Under the pieces are notes generated by a model. It saw only the letters and a list, made by a program, of their open reading frames with translations. It had not been told where the DNA came from and searched no databases. Positions 62,836-64,000 of a DNA stretch of 64,000 nucleotides are shown here, piece by piece (within the stretch, counting starts at the first letter, position 1; every line of letters starts with the position of its first letter). This stretch comes from Sphyrna mokarran (taxonomy: Eukaryota): positions 54,436,001 through 54,500,000 of the forward strand of contig JAGIQG010000006.1 in NCBI GenBank assembly GCA_024679065.1. Reading direction: 5' to 3'. Made by a program: the position numbers and the translations under genes.

Positions 62836-63880
62836 ACACTGGATTGCTTGAGTTGTGCTGGTACAAGTCATGCCCTTGTCTGCCCCTGAGGAATCGAGGT
62901 AGAAGTGGAGCTATGCAAATAAATTCCACCCCCAAAATCTTTTCAGCTTCCATTGAATTTGTGCCAATAGAAAACTTGGGTATCTGAGAAGGAATGAAAA
63001 TAAAAGAATCCCTCCAAAATGCCTTGACTAATACCATAGCTCACATAGGATTCAATGTCCCCAGTTGTCTAGGTGCATAGTTACAGAATGACGTGATGTA
63101 CAAAAGGCTCATCAGGAAATTAAATTGTATCTCACTTCTTGTACATCTCTTCAATGTTGATGTTGGAAACTGTACTAGAGCAAAATCCATGTTGTCAACC
63201 TCTTGCTGAGCTTAATGATGATTTCATCTAGTTAATAGCATTGCTAAGAGTACTTAGAAATGACATCTAGTAAACAGTAAAGTAGTTTTTACTTAATTAA
63301 TTGGCCCCTGCCTGTTGTTAATAAGCTTAATTGATGTTTTGTGACAATTTCACAAATTGTTTTCAACATTGCAACTAGTGTGAGAAACTGGTAACTTTTG
63401 TCTCCAAGAGACAACTGGTCTTGTGAAACAAACTGGTGAAATAAAGTAAGATGGGAGATGTATCTAAAATTTGTACACTGGCAAGGAGTGTTTGCATAAA
63501 CAATCAGATTCTGTGCTGTAAATTCCATGTAATTTGTGAACTAAACACTGCTACTTCCAACTGTCTTAATTTTGTGCAAGTTGAATTACAGGAGGACATG
63601 TTTGTTACTAAATCACAAAATGTGATTGCAGTTCAAAAATATTTCCACTCTGGCAGCATGACTGAAATTTTCCGTGAATGTACTACTGCTATGGAGTAAA
63701 TTCTCCAAGTCTATTCATAAAGTAGGGCATCATAATAAATTACAGGGCATATAACTCATTCTGAAACTCTCTTAGACATGTTGCATTGTTGATTCTATAA
63801 ACACAGATGTGGCAAAAGAGTTGATGTTGCATTTGTGAAAAGGGAACTAGATACAATCCTCCTGCTATTATTTAATGAGA

Positions 63881-63980
63881 ACTCAGTAAGAATTTAGCAA
63901 CACCAATTTATAATCCAACCGATTTATTTGATAGTAAAAACGCGAGCTTTCAACACTCTGTGTCTTCTTCAGGCAAATGC
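63881..63980 (-). mobile_element. Penelope family-B terminus
   Basis: CTCAGTAAG..CAACACCAATTT..ATCCAACCGATTTATTTGATAGTAAA, homologous to 32016-32114. Confidence 0.85.
63941..63975 (-). ncRNA. Minimal type-I hammerhead ribozyme motif, core intact, covariant stem II
   Basis: UGC-CUGAAGA-A-GACAC AGA GUGUU-GAAA-GC-UC-GCG. Confidence 0.65.
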
Positions 63981-64000
63981 AGTGTTCTGGTCTGCAATAG

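Overview
This is non-coding eukaryotic DNA, almost certainly from a shark or other elasmobranch, judging by its HE1-type V-SINEs, HER1/CR1 LINEs and Penelope termini. I can support no intact host protein-coding gene. Every recognisable ORF in the track is a retroelement fragment (CR1 ORF2, Rex1/Babar RT, RTE, Penelope RT/GIY-YIG, Gypsy). The window looks like a gene desert or very large intron. AT-rich, repeat-free blocks that look like conserved enhancers (about 5.9-8.4, 21.6-22.5, 39.6-40.4 and 44.0-44.5 kb) sit among dense, often nested transposons. Highlights: (1) at least 11 minimal type-I hammerhead ribozyme motifs in the termini of three Penelope-like families, four with intact catalytic cores and with compensatory stem changes; (2) a 238-bp TSD-flanked mini-element that is a 99-bp-arm hairpin of two back-to-back hammerheads; (3) a young CR1 LINE with a V-SINE core domain inside its 3'UTR; (4) a V-SINE with a Rex/Babar-like tail; (5) a recent 1212-bp-period duplication beside a candidate minus-strand exon. 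Family names come from recognising motifs, not from database searches. Coordinates of degenerate repeats are approximate.
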